The notes under the pieces were generated by a model, which was not told the DNA's origin, ran no database searches, and saw only the letters and a program-made list of their open reading frames with translations. Positions 31,693 to 42,092 of a DNA stretch of 64,000 bases are shown here, in pieces. The translations under genes and the position numbers were made by a program. Origin of the DNA: Pseudomonadota bacterium (GTDB lineage Bacteria > Bdellovibrionota_B > Oligoflexia > Silvanigrellales > Silvanigrellaceae); NCBI GenBank assembly GCA_039799905.1, contig JBDLRP010000032.1, positions 32,001 to 96,000 of the forward strand. Direction: 5' to 3'. Numbering within the stretch: position 1 is the first letter of the stretch; every line of letters begins with the position of its first letter.

Positions 31693-32286
31693 ATGAGCAA
31701 GGCGGATTTGGCGGCCGAGAGAAAACTTCAGATTATCAATGCGACAATCGAGTGCATCGCACGTTATGGCTACAACAATTTTTCGATGCAGGATGTCGCG
31801 CGTATTGCTGACGTTTCGAAAGGAATTATTCATTACTACTTCCTCAACAAGGAAGACCTGATGATGGCCGTTCTCGACAGAGTGGCCGGCGACATTGAAG
31901 GTTTGCTTGCAGGAATTACTGAGAAAACGCAGGATCCCGTCGAACAACTCCGCCAGCTTATTCGCGTCTGCTTTGACATCGTTCGCCAGAAGCGTGAGTA
32001 CTATTGCATTAACATGGACTTCTGGACGCAAATAAACCAGAAGGAAAAAGTCAGGCTTGCGGTGGCCAAGCATTACGGCAAGTTCCGCACGACGACAGCC
32101 GCAATTGTGCAAGCCGGAGTTGATGCCGGACACTTTAAGCCAATTGATCCAACCCATGCAGCCAGCGTTATTATTGCCATAGTTGATGGCATCTCGTTGC
32201 AGTGGCTCTTTGAAGAGAGTTCTTTTCCCTACGATGATATGATCAAGACCAGTGAAGAAGTGGTTCTGCGTTTTCTGACAAAGTAA
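31693..32286 (+). CDS. TetR/AcrR family transcriptional regulator
   Basis: HTH SMQDVARIADVSKGIIHYYFLNKEDL. Confidence 0.93.
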   Translation: MSKADLAAERKLQIINATIECIARYGYNNFSMQDVARIADVSKGIIHYYFLNKEDLMMAVLDRVAGDIEGLLAGITEKTQDPVEQLRQLIRVCFDIVRQKREYYCINMDFWTQINQKEKVRLAVAKHYGKFRTTTAAIVQAGVDAGHFKPIDPTHAASVIIAIVDGISLQWLFEESSFPYDDMIKTSEEVVLRFLTK

Positions 32287-32322
32287 CGTCTGACAAGAGT
32301 TGCAGAGACGAGGCTGCCAAGG

Positions 32323-33483
32323 ATGGACAGTTGGTTTATTACAGACGGGGTCGATGAAGAGTCGATCCTGCCGCCGCAAAGTCCGGAAGAATACAAACAT
32401 CTGGTCGGTCTGGTTTCGTCCATCACCGACTTTCCCCGAATGAGTCAAAAAGAACAAAACTCGCTCATCCGCGAGTTGGAGGCCTATGAGTGTTATCATC
32501 AGGTCGACCAACTTCTCCGTTGGCGACTGTCACGGCCCGAGCGGACACACCAGCAATTGATGCAGGATTATGTCTGGCTGATGCGGGTTCTGTATCTGGG
32601 ACTCGACTCCTTTGATGCTTTTGTTGAGGTTGCTAAGAGGTTCATTGCTGAACTGCAGGTTCCGTTTGCAACCGTCCGTCTGCGGGTGCTGGATGAAATC
32701 CTCGGCCCCGAAAATTTCCGCGAGCATGCGCAATTGATGAGCGCAGTGGTCGGAGATATTCACGAGGTTTCGCAGAAAGTCTTGCTTCTGGAGCGCCTTG
32801 CGCTGGTCTATGAAAAGAAGCTCTTCATGGAAACCGAGTTTGAGGCCATCTATCACCAGATACTCAAGCTCGACAAAACCAACGAGAAGGCGCGGAAATT
32901 CTTCAAACTCAGCCACATGCACAACATGGAATGGGCCGAGGCGGCCGAACAGCTGAAGGTTTTGGTCCATCATGCTGAAAACCTGCAGGAACGTGTTCGT
33001 TATTCACACGAACTGGCGCAACTCTACCTTTACAATCTCAATCAGCCGGGTGCTGCACTGGAGCTCCTGCGGCCATTGTCGATTGAATATCCCGAAGTCA
33101 GGCACTCTTTGATTGAGGCCTTTGAGAGGCTGGACCTTGTGGATGAACTTTTGTCGACTTTGGCGAGTTTTGAGCGCTCGTCGCGCGACTCCGAGGAAAC
33201 CAGCCAGTTCAAGTTCAGACGGGGCAATGTGCTGCTTAAAAAAGGCCGGATTGGCGAGGCCGTCACCGCGTTCCGTGATGCCCTGCACCTTCAGCCTGCA
33301 TCATTGCTCATCCATGAATCGTTGGTCTCCGCGTTGGTGGAGCTCGGTTCCGTTCAGCAGCTGGGTGATGAGTTGGAACGACTGCGGCAGCAGGTGAAGC
33401 TCGATTCCAGCCGATCGACCCTCGATGAGTTGATTGAACGGGCGAGGCGTATTAGCGAGACGCAGGTGTCTTTTGCACCGTGA
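32323..33483 (+). CDS. Tetratricopeptide-repeat protein
   Basis: All-helical; TPR-like RRGNVLLKKGRIGEAVTAFRDALHLQP. Confidence 0.7.
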   Translation: MDSWFITDGVDEESILPPQSPEEYKHLVGLVSSITDFPRMSQKEQNSLIRELEAYECYHQVDQLLRWRLSRPERTHQQLMQDYVWLMRVLYLGLDSFDAFVEVAKRFIAELQVPFATVRLRVLDEILGPENFREHAQLMSAVVGDIHEVSQKVLLLERLALVYEKKLFMETEFEAIYHQILKLDKTNEKARKFFKLSHMHNMEWAEAAEQLKVLVHHAENLQERVRYSHELAQLYLYNLNQPGAALELLRPLSIEYPEVRHSLIEAFERLDLVDELLSTLASFERSSRDSEETSQFKFRRGNVLLKKGRIGEAVTAFRDALHLQPASLLIHESLVSALVELGSVQQLGDELERLRQQVKLDSSRSTLDELIERARRISETQVSFAP

Positions 33484-33508
33484 CTCTCTTTCGATTGGAT
33501 AAATTCAG

Positions 33509-34846
33509 ATGCCGGCAACTATCAACAATCAGTTTTTGTCGAACGTAAGCCAACCGGAAGTTTCATGGCGCTGGCCTACCTATCAATCGTGGTTGAACAG
33601 GGAGGATTTCTGCACAGTTGATGCGGGAAATAAGCCTTTCTGGTGGAACGTTCTACCTTCTCCTGTCTTCGAAAAATTCCGCTCGGCTGCGTTTATTGAA
33701 TGGCGTTATTACTCGATCATCAGCCGCTCTTTTCATGGTATCTGCGGATTTTCCCTCTTCAATCCGGAAAATCACTTTGCACAGTTTAGCGAAGGCGGAC
33801 TGATTGCAATCATTGCCGGTGCCCTCGACGGCGCAGCCGAAGCGCTGGCACAAAAAGCTCCCGCCGATGCACAGCAGCAAGCCGCGCGAATCAAAGAATT
33901 ATGCTACATGCATGTTTTTCCGATGGACACCGTTATTTTTTACGGACCCAACCGCGAACATGTGCGCGCGAGTCATGAGGGTATCGAACTGAAAATCGAA
34001 CAGGTTGATTTTCAGACCGCCGATGTCACATTTGAAATGGAAGGCGGACTGAGCGTTAAAATTCGCCATCAGGCCGTCAAAGGTTGTCCTGTTCTTGCGC
34101 CGGTCACGGGAACGGATTTTCGCACCATACCGGGTGCTCATTGGACGGTTTTCAATCCTTCGCCTGTCTCGCAGGTCAATGGCTCGATCATCATCCGTCC
34201 GGGTCTGCTCAATCATTGCGAAACTCCGGTCGGGCTCAACAGTCCGAATTTTATTTCTCAGCCGCTCGCTGAAAAGCTTTACGATGGCTACGTGAAGGTA
34301 CCGCTCGAAAACGCAGCCGGTTATTATGAGCATAGTTTCGGACTCAATCCGATGCCTCTGCACGGATGGGATTTTGTTTTTGTTCCATGTCCAGAAGCGC
34401 AGGCCGGATTGGTGCTGCAAACGTATCGCGGCAGCCAGCAGGTGACCTATCTTGAGGTCGTTTGGGCTGAAGCTGACGGTCAGTGGAAGACTCTGCACAT
34501 CCCGTATTCTGACTGTCAGATCGAATGGGCCGAGACCAACTGGCATCCGCAGATGCGCGTTCACGTCCCGCGCAAAAGAATCGTCCGTGCCCAGCATCAG
34601 GGATACAAAGTCGAGCTGATCAATCAGGTGGTCGGTGAAATTCCCTTTTTGCGTGCGCATTCTCCTGTCGTACGGCACTTCTTCATTTCCGAGGAAATTT
34701 CCCTGTCGAGCTGGACTGTCACAGACCCGCAGGGACGTGTCTGCGTTTCTGTTCAGAATGCCCTTTCAGGCGGGGAAACTGCGCGAGGCCGCTGGTACTA
34801 CAACCTCAATGGAATCTTTTCTTTGACTTCATCCAAGCCGTTTTGA
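33509..34846 (+). CDS. Hypothetical protein, possible AttH/CrtC/tocopherol-cyclase-like beta fold
   Basis: EWRYY near the N-terminus and GYYEHSFG...GWDF later. Confidence 0.5.
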   Translation: MPATINNQFLSNVSQPEVSWRWPTYQSWLNREDFCTVDAGNKPFWWNVLPSPVFEKFRSAAFIEWRYYSIISRSFHGICGFSLFNPENHFAQFSEGGLIAIIAGALDGAAEALAQKAPADAQQQAARIKELCYMHVFPMDTVIFYGPNREHVRASHEGIELKIEQVDFQTADVTFEMEGGLSVKIRHQAVKGCPVLAPVTGTDFRTIPGAHWTVFNPSPVSQVNGSIIIRPGLLNHCETPVGLNSPNFISQPLAEKLYDGYVKVPLENAAGYYEHSFGLNPMPLHGWDFVFVPCPEAQAGLVLQTYRGSQQVTYLEVVWAEADGQWKTLHIPYSDCQIEWAETNWHPQMRVHVPRKRIVRAQHQGYKVELINQVVGEIPFLRAHSPVVRHFFISEEISLSSWTVTDPQGRVCVSVQNALSGGETARGRWYYNLNGIFSLTSSKPF

Positions 34847-34940
34847 TTTTTTGAACTTAAAGTCAAAATTCAGATGGTCCAGTCTACGACATAAAGTGCT
34901 ACTTTCTTCTTTGAAACTTCAATTTCAGAGAAGAAGAGAC

Positions 34941-35546
34941 ATGAATTTAAAAATTCCTGTATTGTCCATAAATATTTTTATGTTGTTTTTATTTCTGCAG
35001 CCTGCGCGCTCTTACGGTGCACTGGATGATATTTATATTGTCCAGCGGGCGGGTGTGACATCCTCGAAGGGCGATTTGTCGAAATACCCCAAGCACCTGA
35101 GTTATCAGACGGCGCTTGCAAAGACCTATAAGTCTTATGCACCATCGGTCAGTATAGATTTCGCACATGAAATTTCGTTCTTATATGATTCATTCAAGAC
35201 GCGCGGCGAAAATACTTTGCTGTTTCCGCTTATGCCTGCCAGTGAGGCGCGTATTTATGAACCTGCGCTCTCTTTTGAGGTGTGCGCATTTACCATGAGC
35301 CGCGTCCGTCTCTGTGGGGCAGGCGGTCTTTCACTCATGCACATTCAAACAAACATCAAGAACTACCAGATGTACACGGGCATCCCTGCACAGATGCGAT
35401 TGGTCTGGGTTTCACCTGGTTCGCCGTGGACACTTGAAACAGGCGCCCGCTACCGCGCCGTCCGCAACCGCATAGAAGGCTTTGTCAGCAAGCATGAAGA
35501 CACGACCTACTTTCTCGGGTTCGGATATCTGAAGAGCTATTTTTGA
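34941..35546 (+). CDS. Secreted hypothetical protein, possible small OM beta-barrel
   Basis: Signal peptide, beta-strand pattern, ends YFLGFGYLKSYF. Confidence 0.55.
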   Translation: MNLKIPVLSINIFMLFLFLQPARSYGALDDIYIVQRAGVTSSKGDLSKYPKHLSYQTALAKTYKSYAPSVSIDFAHEISFLYDSFKTRGENTLLFPLMPASEARIYEPALSFEVCAFTMSRVRLCGAGGLSLMHIQTNIKNYQMYTGIPAQMRLVWVSPGSPWTLETGARYRAVRNRIEGFVSKHEDTTYFLGFGYLKSYF

Positions 35547-35581
35547 TTCATTGAAGAATGCGTACCTGAGGAGAATCACCT

Positions 35582-36862
35582 GTGAGAAATAAAATCTTTC
35601 GTTCAGAAGTTCTTGTTGTTTTCCTATGGCTCTGCGCATCCTGCAGCGTTTCATTGAAAATCGTCGGCGAAGATCCCGAGACTGACTCTGAACGCAAGGC
35701 CATCGACCCGTTGTCGGATGCCGCCAATCCGTCGCATCCGATTTTGCGCTGGAGAAAGGAACAAGCGGCAACCCGACAAAAGGCTCAATGGGCGACAGAG
35801 TCGCAAAAGGCTCGTGCTGCGGTTGATAAGATATCGTCAGGTCCATATTTCAGCTGCGCCACAAATCTTAAAAAAGAAATCAAATGTTGGGGATATGACC
35901 CAAACGGAGCAACCGGAAGAGATGATAGCGGTGTCGACAAAGTCAATTATTTTGAATCCTATATTGGTCAAGTCCGGAGGGTTGTGAGCGGCCAGACTCA
36001 CACTTGTGTGCTTGCAAATGACTCAAAGTTAACTTGTCACGGAAAGAACACTGCGGGGCAGTTGGGCGATGGCACGACGGATTCGACTTTCAAACCGGTG
36101 TCTCCGCTTGGCTTTGCATCGGACGTCAGCTGGGTCGGAGTTAATTCGAATCGGACCTGTGCCATCAATCGCACCGGTGATTTGAAATGTTGGGGGAGCG
36201 GCTACTCTCAAACCCCACAGCCTGCTTTCAGCCGGCTTGATTCGGTTGTGTCGGTTGCTATGGGGTCAGGTCATTCATGCCTGCAAGACGCAAATTTTTC
36301 AGCGCATTGCTGGGGGTATAACTTTAAGGGACAGCTGGGACTCGCATCGAACCAGTTTTCGTCCACATCTACTCCTTTCGTCGTCGATGGTTTGACCTCC
36401 GGAGTGATTCAAGTTGCTGTCGGAAGTGAACACTCATGCGCCCTTCTCTCTGGTGGAGCAGTGAAATGTTGGGGCGGAAATTCGCGCGGTCAGCTCGGCA
36501 ACGGCACAACGGAAGATCAGAAAAGTCCTGTTGAAGTGACCGGCCTGCAAAGTGGTGTGACAGCAATTGCACTAGGAAATGAGCATAGCTGCGCGCTGAT
36601 GAACGGCGGCGGAATCAAGTGCTGGGGCCTCAATAGTTCGGGTCAGCTCGGGGACGGTACGAGTGAAAATCGCAATGTACCCACCGACGTTGTCGGACTT
36701 TCAGCCGCGATTGAACATTTCAGCGCAGGCCCACAGTTTACCTGTGCGATTGACAAAGACTCGACTGCTTGGTGCTGGGGTGAGAACAGCGGTTTTAACC
36801 ATCTTGGCAATGGAACTAGCACCGACAGCAACGTTCCGGTCAAGGTCAGCAACTTCAATTGA
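35582..36862 (+). CDS. RCC1-repeat beta-propeller protein, probably exported/lipoprotein
   Basis: Repeated H(S/T)CA...KCWGxNxxGQLGxG units. Confidence 0.9.
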   Translation: MRNKIFRSEVLVVFLWLCASCSVSLKIVGEDPETDSERKAIDPLSDAANPSHPILRWRKEQAATRQKAQWATESQKARAAVDKISSGPYFSCATNLKKEIKCWGYDPNGATGRDDSGVDKVNYFESYIGQVRRVVSGQTHTCVLANDSKLTCHGKNTAGQLGDGTTDSTFKPVSPLGFASDVSWVGVNSNRTCAINRTGDLKCWGSGYSQTPQPAFSRLDSVVSVAMGSGHSCLQDANFSAHCWGYNFKGQLGLASNQFSSTSTPFVVDGLTSGVIQVAVGSEHSCALLSGGAVKCWGGNSRGQLGNGTTEDQKSPVEVTGLQSGVTAIALGNEHSCALMNGGGIKCWGLNSSGQLGDGTSENRNVPTDVVGLSAAIEHFSAGPQFTCAIDKDSTAWCWGENSGFNHLGNGTSTDSNVPVKVSNFN

Positions 36863-36874
36863 AAAATCTCTCAA

Positions 36875-38014
36875 TCAAACAGTTTTGATTGCACGGACTG
36901 CAGAGAGCACTTCGTCCACAGAGAGCATTTTCATGCACTCGTGGGTGCCTGTTTTGCAGTGGTTCGATTCGCAGCGCACGCAGCCTTGGCTGCGCTGCAC
37001 GGGAATATGCATGTTCCGGTCGGGATGAGTCCAGTTGATGGCCGACGTGGGACCAAAGATTTGCACCGTGCGCGCACCACCGGCGACAGCCACATGCGAA
37101 AGGCCGTTGGTATTGCCAATCCATACCAAACCCTCAGCCGAAAAAACTGCAGCCTCTGAGAGTGTCAGTAACGGCGGCACAACAGATGATTCTGGAGTGA
37201 TGCCAATTTCTTTGAGCTTCGCAGACAGTGACGCATGGATTGAATGGACGAACTCTAATTCTCCCGGCCCCCAGAACCAGCAAACCTTGAGGCCGTCTTG
37301 CGTGATGAGGCGGAGCGCAAGTTCAACAAAATGCTCTGCCGGCCATTGCCGCAACGGCCTGCGGGAGGTTGGGCTCAGCACAACGAAATTATTTTTAGCA
37401 AGTCCGAGCTGTCGGATGAGGTCATTCATCCGCTCTTGCGTCGGCACTGGTGCGGGGATCCAAGAATTCAGCCATTCAGCGGGTGGTTCATCGATCAGTT
37501 GGTTTGCAAGAAAGGGGCTCAGGAGCCGCAGCCGCGCGTGTGCGGCGTAATAGTTTTTCCACTCCGTTGTGTCGCACAGACGTGTGTACGCCCAATCTCG
37601 GTTCCAGCGTGTTTTCACTCCGTGCCGAACTCCGGCCGATGTCAGGCGAGTCATGATGGCGGTCTTGGGAGTGCAGATGGCATCTGCAACAAAATCAAAT
37701 CCGCTGGCGCGAAGTTGTTTTAAAAAAGTGAACTCAAGTTGCAAATATCGAATCAGGTCGCGCAGATTATCTAAAGGTTTTGTTAACAAATTTTTGATTC
37801 CGCGGCGTTTTCGCACGGGATAGTAGACAACTTCATTGAGCGCCGGATGACCTTCCAACAACTGGCGGCCCATGGGATGCGCAATCCAGGTGATGTGCGC
37901 GTTTGGATAAAGATGTCTAAGCGCGAACGCGATCGAAGAACCAAGAAGAATGTCTCCCAGCTGGCGCGGCAGAATGATCAGGATTTTTTTGAATTCCTGC
38001 GGGCTTTCGCTCAT
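36875..38014 (-). CDS. Glycosyltransferase family 9 (LPS heptosyltransferase-like)
   Basis: QLGDILL, RQWP..HF, GNTNGLSHVAVA, IFGPT; ATGA overlap with upstream gene. Confidence 0.88.
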   Translation of the reverse strand: MSESPQEFKKILIILPRQLGDILLGSSIAFALRHLYPNAHITWIAHPMGRQLLEGHPALNEVVYYPVRKRRGIKNLLTKPLDNLRDLIRYLQLEFTFLKQLRASGFDFVADAICTPKTAIMTRLTSAGVRHGVKTRWNRDWAYTRLCDTTEWKNYYAAHARLRLLSPFLANQLIDEPPAEWLNSWIPAPVPTQERMNDLIRQLGLAKNNFVVLSPTSRRPLRQWPAEHFVELALRLITQDGLKVCWFWGPGELEFVHSIHASLSAKLKEIGITPESSVVPPLLTLSEAAVFSAEGLVWIGNTNGLSHVAVAGGARTVQIFGPTSAINWTHPDRNMHIPVQRSQGCVRCESNHCKTGTHECMKMLSVDEVLSAVRAIKTV

Positions 38015-38931
38015 GCCTGCGCGCCGCCTGCTGGTTTTCTCGACCATTTGCGGTAGTCCCAGCTCCACTGCCACGGCGAAATCCGAATCACCGCTTCAAG
38101 CCAGCGAGCATAAGACGTCAAGATGAGCGCCGAGTTCAGATCGTTATCCGCATGAGCTGTGAAGTGTCGCCCCTCGAAAGTGTAGAAACCGGGCCACAAC
38201 CGGCGCGAAGTGACAAACACAAACTCACTCTTCATGCGCGCACATACGTCCACTCCACCACCGGGAAATGCGCTCTGAGCACCAAAAAAATCGATAAAAA
38301 ATCCGGCCGAAGCGGGCTTTTGGTCGACAAGAAGCGCAAGTGCGCGTCCGCTCTTGAGGGCCTGCAGCATCGCGCGCGGGAGGTCTTTGCGGTTGGTTTG
38401 CAGGACTTCGATTCCGCGCAGGTTGCGGTACCATTCGAGCAGGTTCGTGATCCATTCCCAGCGGCTTGGTTTGGCCAAAGCAATCAGCCTTTGTTTTCGG
38501 TTCACCTGCGAGACCAGCAATGAGTTCAGGCACTGCGCGGTTATTTCAATATTTCCGAAATGTGCGCTGAGGACGGTCAATGCAACGTTCTTCTGCTGGG
38601 CTATGAGTGACGCTTTTGTCACTGATTCGCGGGCGGCCGCATTGTCACGGATGGTGACAAGACCCAGTGGCCAAAAAATAAAATCCTCTATCAGCAGCAA
38701 AATATAGTGAAACAGTGTTGCCGCGGTGGCCATAATCCGCAGTGCGGGTTTGAGTCCCAGCCGCGCGCGAAAATTTTCGCGTGCCGTGCGCGCAGGAAAA
38801 AGCGGCGAGATTGCGATAAAAACGCAGAGTAAAAACAGAAGGAAATAGAGCGGCAGAAGCACGGCATTGAGCAACAAGTTGCCGCCGATTCTTACTGGGG
38901 AACAGTTGTCAGGGCTGCCGACCGCCTTCAC
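38011..38931 (-). CDS. Lipid A late acyltransferase (LpxL/HtrB family)
   Basis: SAHFGNIE, LLVDQ, FFG, PWQWSWDYRKW. Confidence 0.85.
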   Translation of the reverse strand: MKAVGSPDNCSPVRIGGNLLLNAVLLPLYFLLFLLCVFIAISPLFPARTARENFRARLGLKPALRIMATAATLFHYILLLIEDFIFWPLGLVTIRDNAAARESVTKASLIAQQKNVALTVLSAHFGNIEITAQCLNSLLVSQVNRKQRLIALAKPSRWEWITNLLEWYRNLRGIEVLQTNRKDLPRAMLQALKSGRALALLVDQKPASAGFFIDFFGAQSAFPGGGVDVCARMKSEFVFVTSRRLWPGFYTFEGRHFTAHADNDLNSALILTSYARWLEAVIRISPWQWSWDYRKWSRKPAGGAQA

Positions 38932-38946
38932 GCCAAAATACTCTGT

Positions 38947-39972
38947 TTACTTGTCGTCAGGTGACAGTGCCGATGCACTGCGGATGCGTTTGTGTTCCGG
39001 AAACAAATGGGCCGCCTTGTAGCTGCTTCTGACCAGCGGACCGGAGGCGACTCCGCGGAATCCGATGGAATCAGCGAACCGCTTCCAGTGTGCGAATTCA
39101 TCGGGGTGCACAAAGCGCTTTATCGATAAATGCTTGTTGGAGGGTTGGAGGTATTGTCCAATTGTAACAATCTCGACTCCAAATTCTCTCATGTCGCGCA
39201 GTGTTTGTTCGATTTCCGCGGGCTCTTCGCCGAGCCCGAGCATCAGCGCGCTCTTTGTGAATGTTTGTGGGCGAAGGCGCTTGGCGTTTTCAAGAACACG
39301 CAAACTTTGGTCGTACTTCGCCCGCGCGTCGCGCACGCGCGGGCTGAGGCGGCGGACTGTCTCGAGGTTGTGAGCAAACACATCGACGCCATTGCCTGCA
39401 AACAAGACCTCGCGCAGAGGCTCCTGCTGACCTTGAAAATCGCCGGCAAGAATTTCGAGAATTAAGCGCGGATTTTCCTGTTGGATTGCCGCGACAGTTT
39501 TAGCGATGTGTGCCGCTCCGCCGTCGGGAAGGTCGTCGCGGTCGACCATCGTGATGACCGCGTAGTCGAGGTTCATTTTTTTAATGTTGCGGGCGGTGTT
39601 GAGCGGTTCGTCGGGGTCGAGCAGGCCGGCAGGATTTCCCGTTTTTACAGCGCAGAATCGGCATCCGCGCGTGCAGGTGTCGCCCAAGATCATGAAAGTT
39701 GCGGTTCCGCTGTTCCAGCATTCAGAAATATTCGGACAGCGGGCCTCTTCGCAAACGGTAAAGAGTTTTCCCTCGCGCAGATTGCGCTTGATGTCGTAGA
39801 GACGCTCGCCCTTGATTTGTTCTGATTTGAGCCAGCGCGGCTTGAGAGGCTTGCCGGTTCTGGCGTTGATTTCGGGTGTGACGCTCAGTTCCGCCAGTTG
39901 CTCGTGCGACAGGGTGCTCGAATTTTCTTCCTGTCCGACCTGCTGGTTGTTTTCGAGGCTCATGTTATGCAT
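38947..39972 (-). CDS. lipA: Lipoyl synthase
   Basis: CEEARCPNISEC, CTRGCRFC, GQYLQP, VRSSY. Confidence 0.97.
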   Translation of the reverse strand: MHNMSLENNQQVGQEENSSTLSHEQLAELSVTPEINARTGKPLKPRWLKSEQIKGERLYDIKRNLREGKLFTVCEEARCPNISECWNSGTATFMILGDTCTRGCRFCAVKTGNPAGLLDPDEPLNTARNIKKMNLDYAVITMVDRDDLPDGGAAHIAKTVAAIQQENPRLILEILAGDFQGQQEPLREVLFAGNGVDVFAHNLETVRRLSPRVRDARAKYDQSLRVLENAKRLRPQTFTKSALMLGLGEEPAEIEQTLRDMREFGVEIVTIGQYLQPSNKHLSIKRFVHPDEFAHWKRFADSIGFRGVASGPLVRSSYKAAHLFPEHKRIRSASALSPDDK

Positions 39973-40034
39973 CTCCCAAGATAAACGGCTGTCTAACAGC
40001 CAGTCCGGTCACCCGCAAGGCAAGGTTGGTCAGC

Positions 40035-41108
40035 ATGGCACGGATTCCCACGCTTGAGATTCAAATAGCTAATATGAAAGGTCTTTTGCGGACCATGTGC
40101 GATCGTGTTCACGCCGGTTTACTGGTGGTTGAACAACATCTCCATGTTCCGAATCTTGAGGCCCTCATCAAGGTTGTCGCACTCGATTCCGAGGTTGACC
40201 GCATGGAACTCGAGCTTGATGAGGCGGTTTTGCAGATTTTCGCCACCCAGCAACCGCGCGCTCAGGAACTGCGGCTGGTTTACGCGACTGCCAAAGTGGC
40301 TCACCACGTCGAACGCATGGGTGATGCCGTAGAAAGCTTGGCCCGTCAGCTGGCCACTGCCGACTTGTCGGAAAGCAGAAGTTTGCTCATTGAGATGATC
40401 AGCCATGTGAAGGACCTTTTTGCGCGTTCCTACGCCGCAATGTTTGAGCAAGATCACACGCGCATTCAGGAAATTTTTGATCTGGATGATGCCGTTGATG
40501 AGTGTCAGCGCGCAATCGTTAAAATTGCGAAGGATATGTTTCTCTCGGCTCCACGTGATCCGAAGGCCGTCGAGCGCGGTTTGAAGCTCATCACCATTGC
40601 ATCCAAACTCGAGAAGATTGCTGACCTGTGTTGTAACTGGGCTGAACAGACCGACTTTGCCGCGCACGGATTTGCCCGCAGGGTGCTCAAGAAACGCCGC
40701 CTGCGAGTGGTTCTTATGGATGATTCTGGCGGTCATGTGGCGCGCATTTTTGCCGCCCAACTGACCAAAAATCTTTCCGACGGGGTTGATGTGACTGTGG
40801 CGACGACCCGCCTCGACTCGGGCGAAGGCAGGCTAAATACAGAGATACTGCCCGAGTCTGCGGTGGCATCTGAATTTCCCGTTGCGAGGTTCGAGCAGGT
40901 TTCTTGGTCACGCTGTTTTTTGCTGGTTAATTTGGGCTGCGAACTCGAAGCGCGTGAGCGCGATGGTATTCCGCACAAAACAATGGTTCTAGAATGGCAG
41001 ATGCCCAAGAGCGGCAGCGATGAATATGAGACACAGATGCGTCAGAGGCTTGGTGGGCTGGCGAGCATTCTGGCGCGGTCGGATGTTTCCTTGGGAAACA
41101 TGAGCTAG
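40035..41108 (+). CDS. PhoU domain protein with C-terminal alpha/beta extension
   Basis: DSEVDRME...QQPRAQELR, ERMGD, DDAVD, LEKIAD PhoU repeats. Confidence 0.8.
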   Translation: MARIPTLEIQIANMKGLLRTMCDRVHAGLLVVEQHLHVPNLEALIKVVALDSEVDRMELELDEAVLQIFATQQPRAQELRLVYATAKVAHHVERMGDAVESLARQLATADLSESRSLLIEMISHVKDLFARSYAAMFEQDHTRIQEIFDLDDAVDECQRAIVKIAKDMFLSAPRDPKAVERGLKLITIASKLEKIADLCCNWAEQTDFAAHGFARRVLKKRRLRVVLMDDSGGHVARIFAAQLTKNLSDGVDVTVATTRLDSGEGRLNTEILPESAVASEFPVARFEQVSWSRCFLLVNLGCELEARERDGIPHKTMVLEWQMPKSGSDEYETQMRQRLGGLASILARSDVSLGNMS

Positions 41109-41207
41109 ACTTGAAAAATCAAGGCTTCGGCCCGCGTAGCGAAATTGTCAGGAAGACTCATGATTATCAGGTTGCTTGAGAAATTGATTGCGGAAGGGCG
41201 CAGCGTA

Positions 41208-42089
41208 ATGCGTTTTGCCTGTTTCAATCTGCGTCGCGGAGCTCCGCTTGCGCTCTGTTTCTTGTCGGGTGTTGCAGCTGCAAATCCAACAACAGTTGAC
41301 CTCTGGCGGGACATGGGTCTGAGTGCTTCTTTGCTGGGCGGTGGAACCGCACACGTCTCGGACAGTTCTGCCTCCGACAGAAATCCCGCAGGTATCGTGC
41401 GTGGACAAGTTTATGCCGCCACTGGCGAACTGGGTTGGACCGGGCAAAAGTCGCGGCAGACAGAGTTCGCGGTCTGCGATCCGACGCGCGCGTACTCTGA
41501 GCTGATTGCCTGCGTAAAAGTAAGGCAAACGCAAAAAATAACCGGTGCCACCGATCGCCGCTACACATTGGCCTTGGCAGATGTGTTTACCGGCGGATTG
41601 ATTCTTGGACTTGCCGGTGACTACGTCGAATTTGCTCAGGAACGGAAGCCCTTTGCCATCAGTGCGCCTGCAAAGAGCGGGTTTCGCCTGCGCGGCGGAT
41701 TTATTTATGCTCTGCAGGAGGGCATCTCTCTTGGCTTGCGGAGCGATGGTCTTTTTGATGCGACCAACACACCGCGAAATCACGCCGCAGGGGTGAGTGC
41801 CCAGATTGGCAGGCACTTTCTCATCAACGGAGACTTGTTTTTTGACGCCGACGCCATGCGTGAGGCGCTGGTCGGGGTCAGTGTTCTTCCGCGTGACTTC
41901 CTTGATTTTGCCGTCAGCTATGGTTACGCCCCGAAAGATGGTTATCACAGAATCGGCGGCGGGCTGGTTGTGAGGTCGCAGCAGGCTCGGCTATCCTACA
42001 CGGTAGTTCGGTCGTCTGTCGCTCCGACACAGTTGTTCCACACGTTTGGCATTGGAATCTTTATAGCCGGCGAAGCCGGCCCGGGGTAA
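41208..42089 (+). CDS. Putative outer-membrane beta-barrel (FadL/PorV-like)
   Basis: Signal peptide, NPAG motif, amphipathic strands. Confidence 0.55.
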   Translation: MRFACFNLRRGAPLALCFLSGVAAANPTTVDLWRDMGLSASLLGGGTAHVSDSSASDRNPAGIVRGQVYAATGELGWTGQKSRQTEFAVCDPTRAYSELIACVKVRQTQKITGATDRRYTLALADVFTGGLILGLAGDYVEFAQERKPFAISAPAKSGFRLRGGFIYALQEGISLGLRSDGLFDATNTPRNHAAGVSAQIGRHFLINGDLFFDADAMREALVGVSVLPRDFLDFAVSYGYAPKDGYHRIGGGLVVRSQQARLSYTVVRSSVAPTQLFHTFGIGIFIAGEAGPG

Positions 42090-42092
42090 TGT

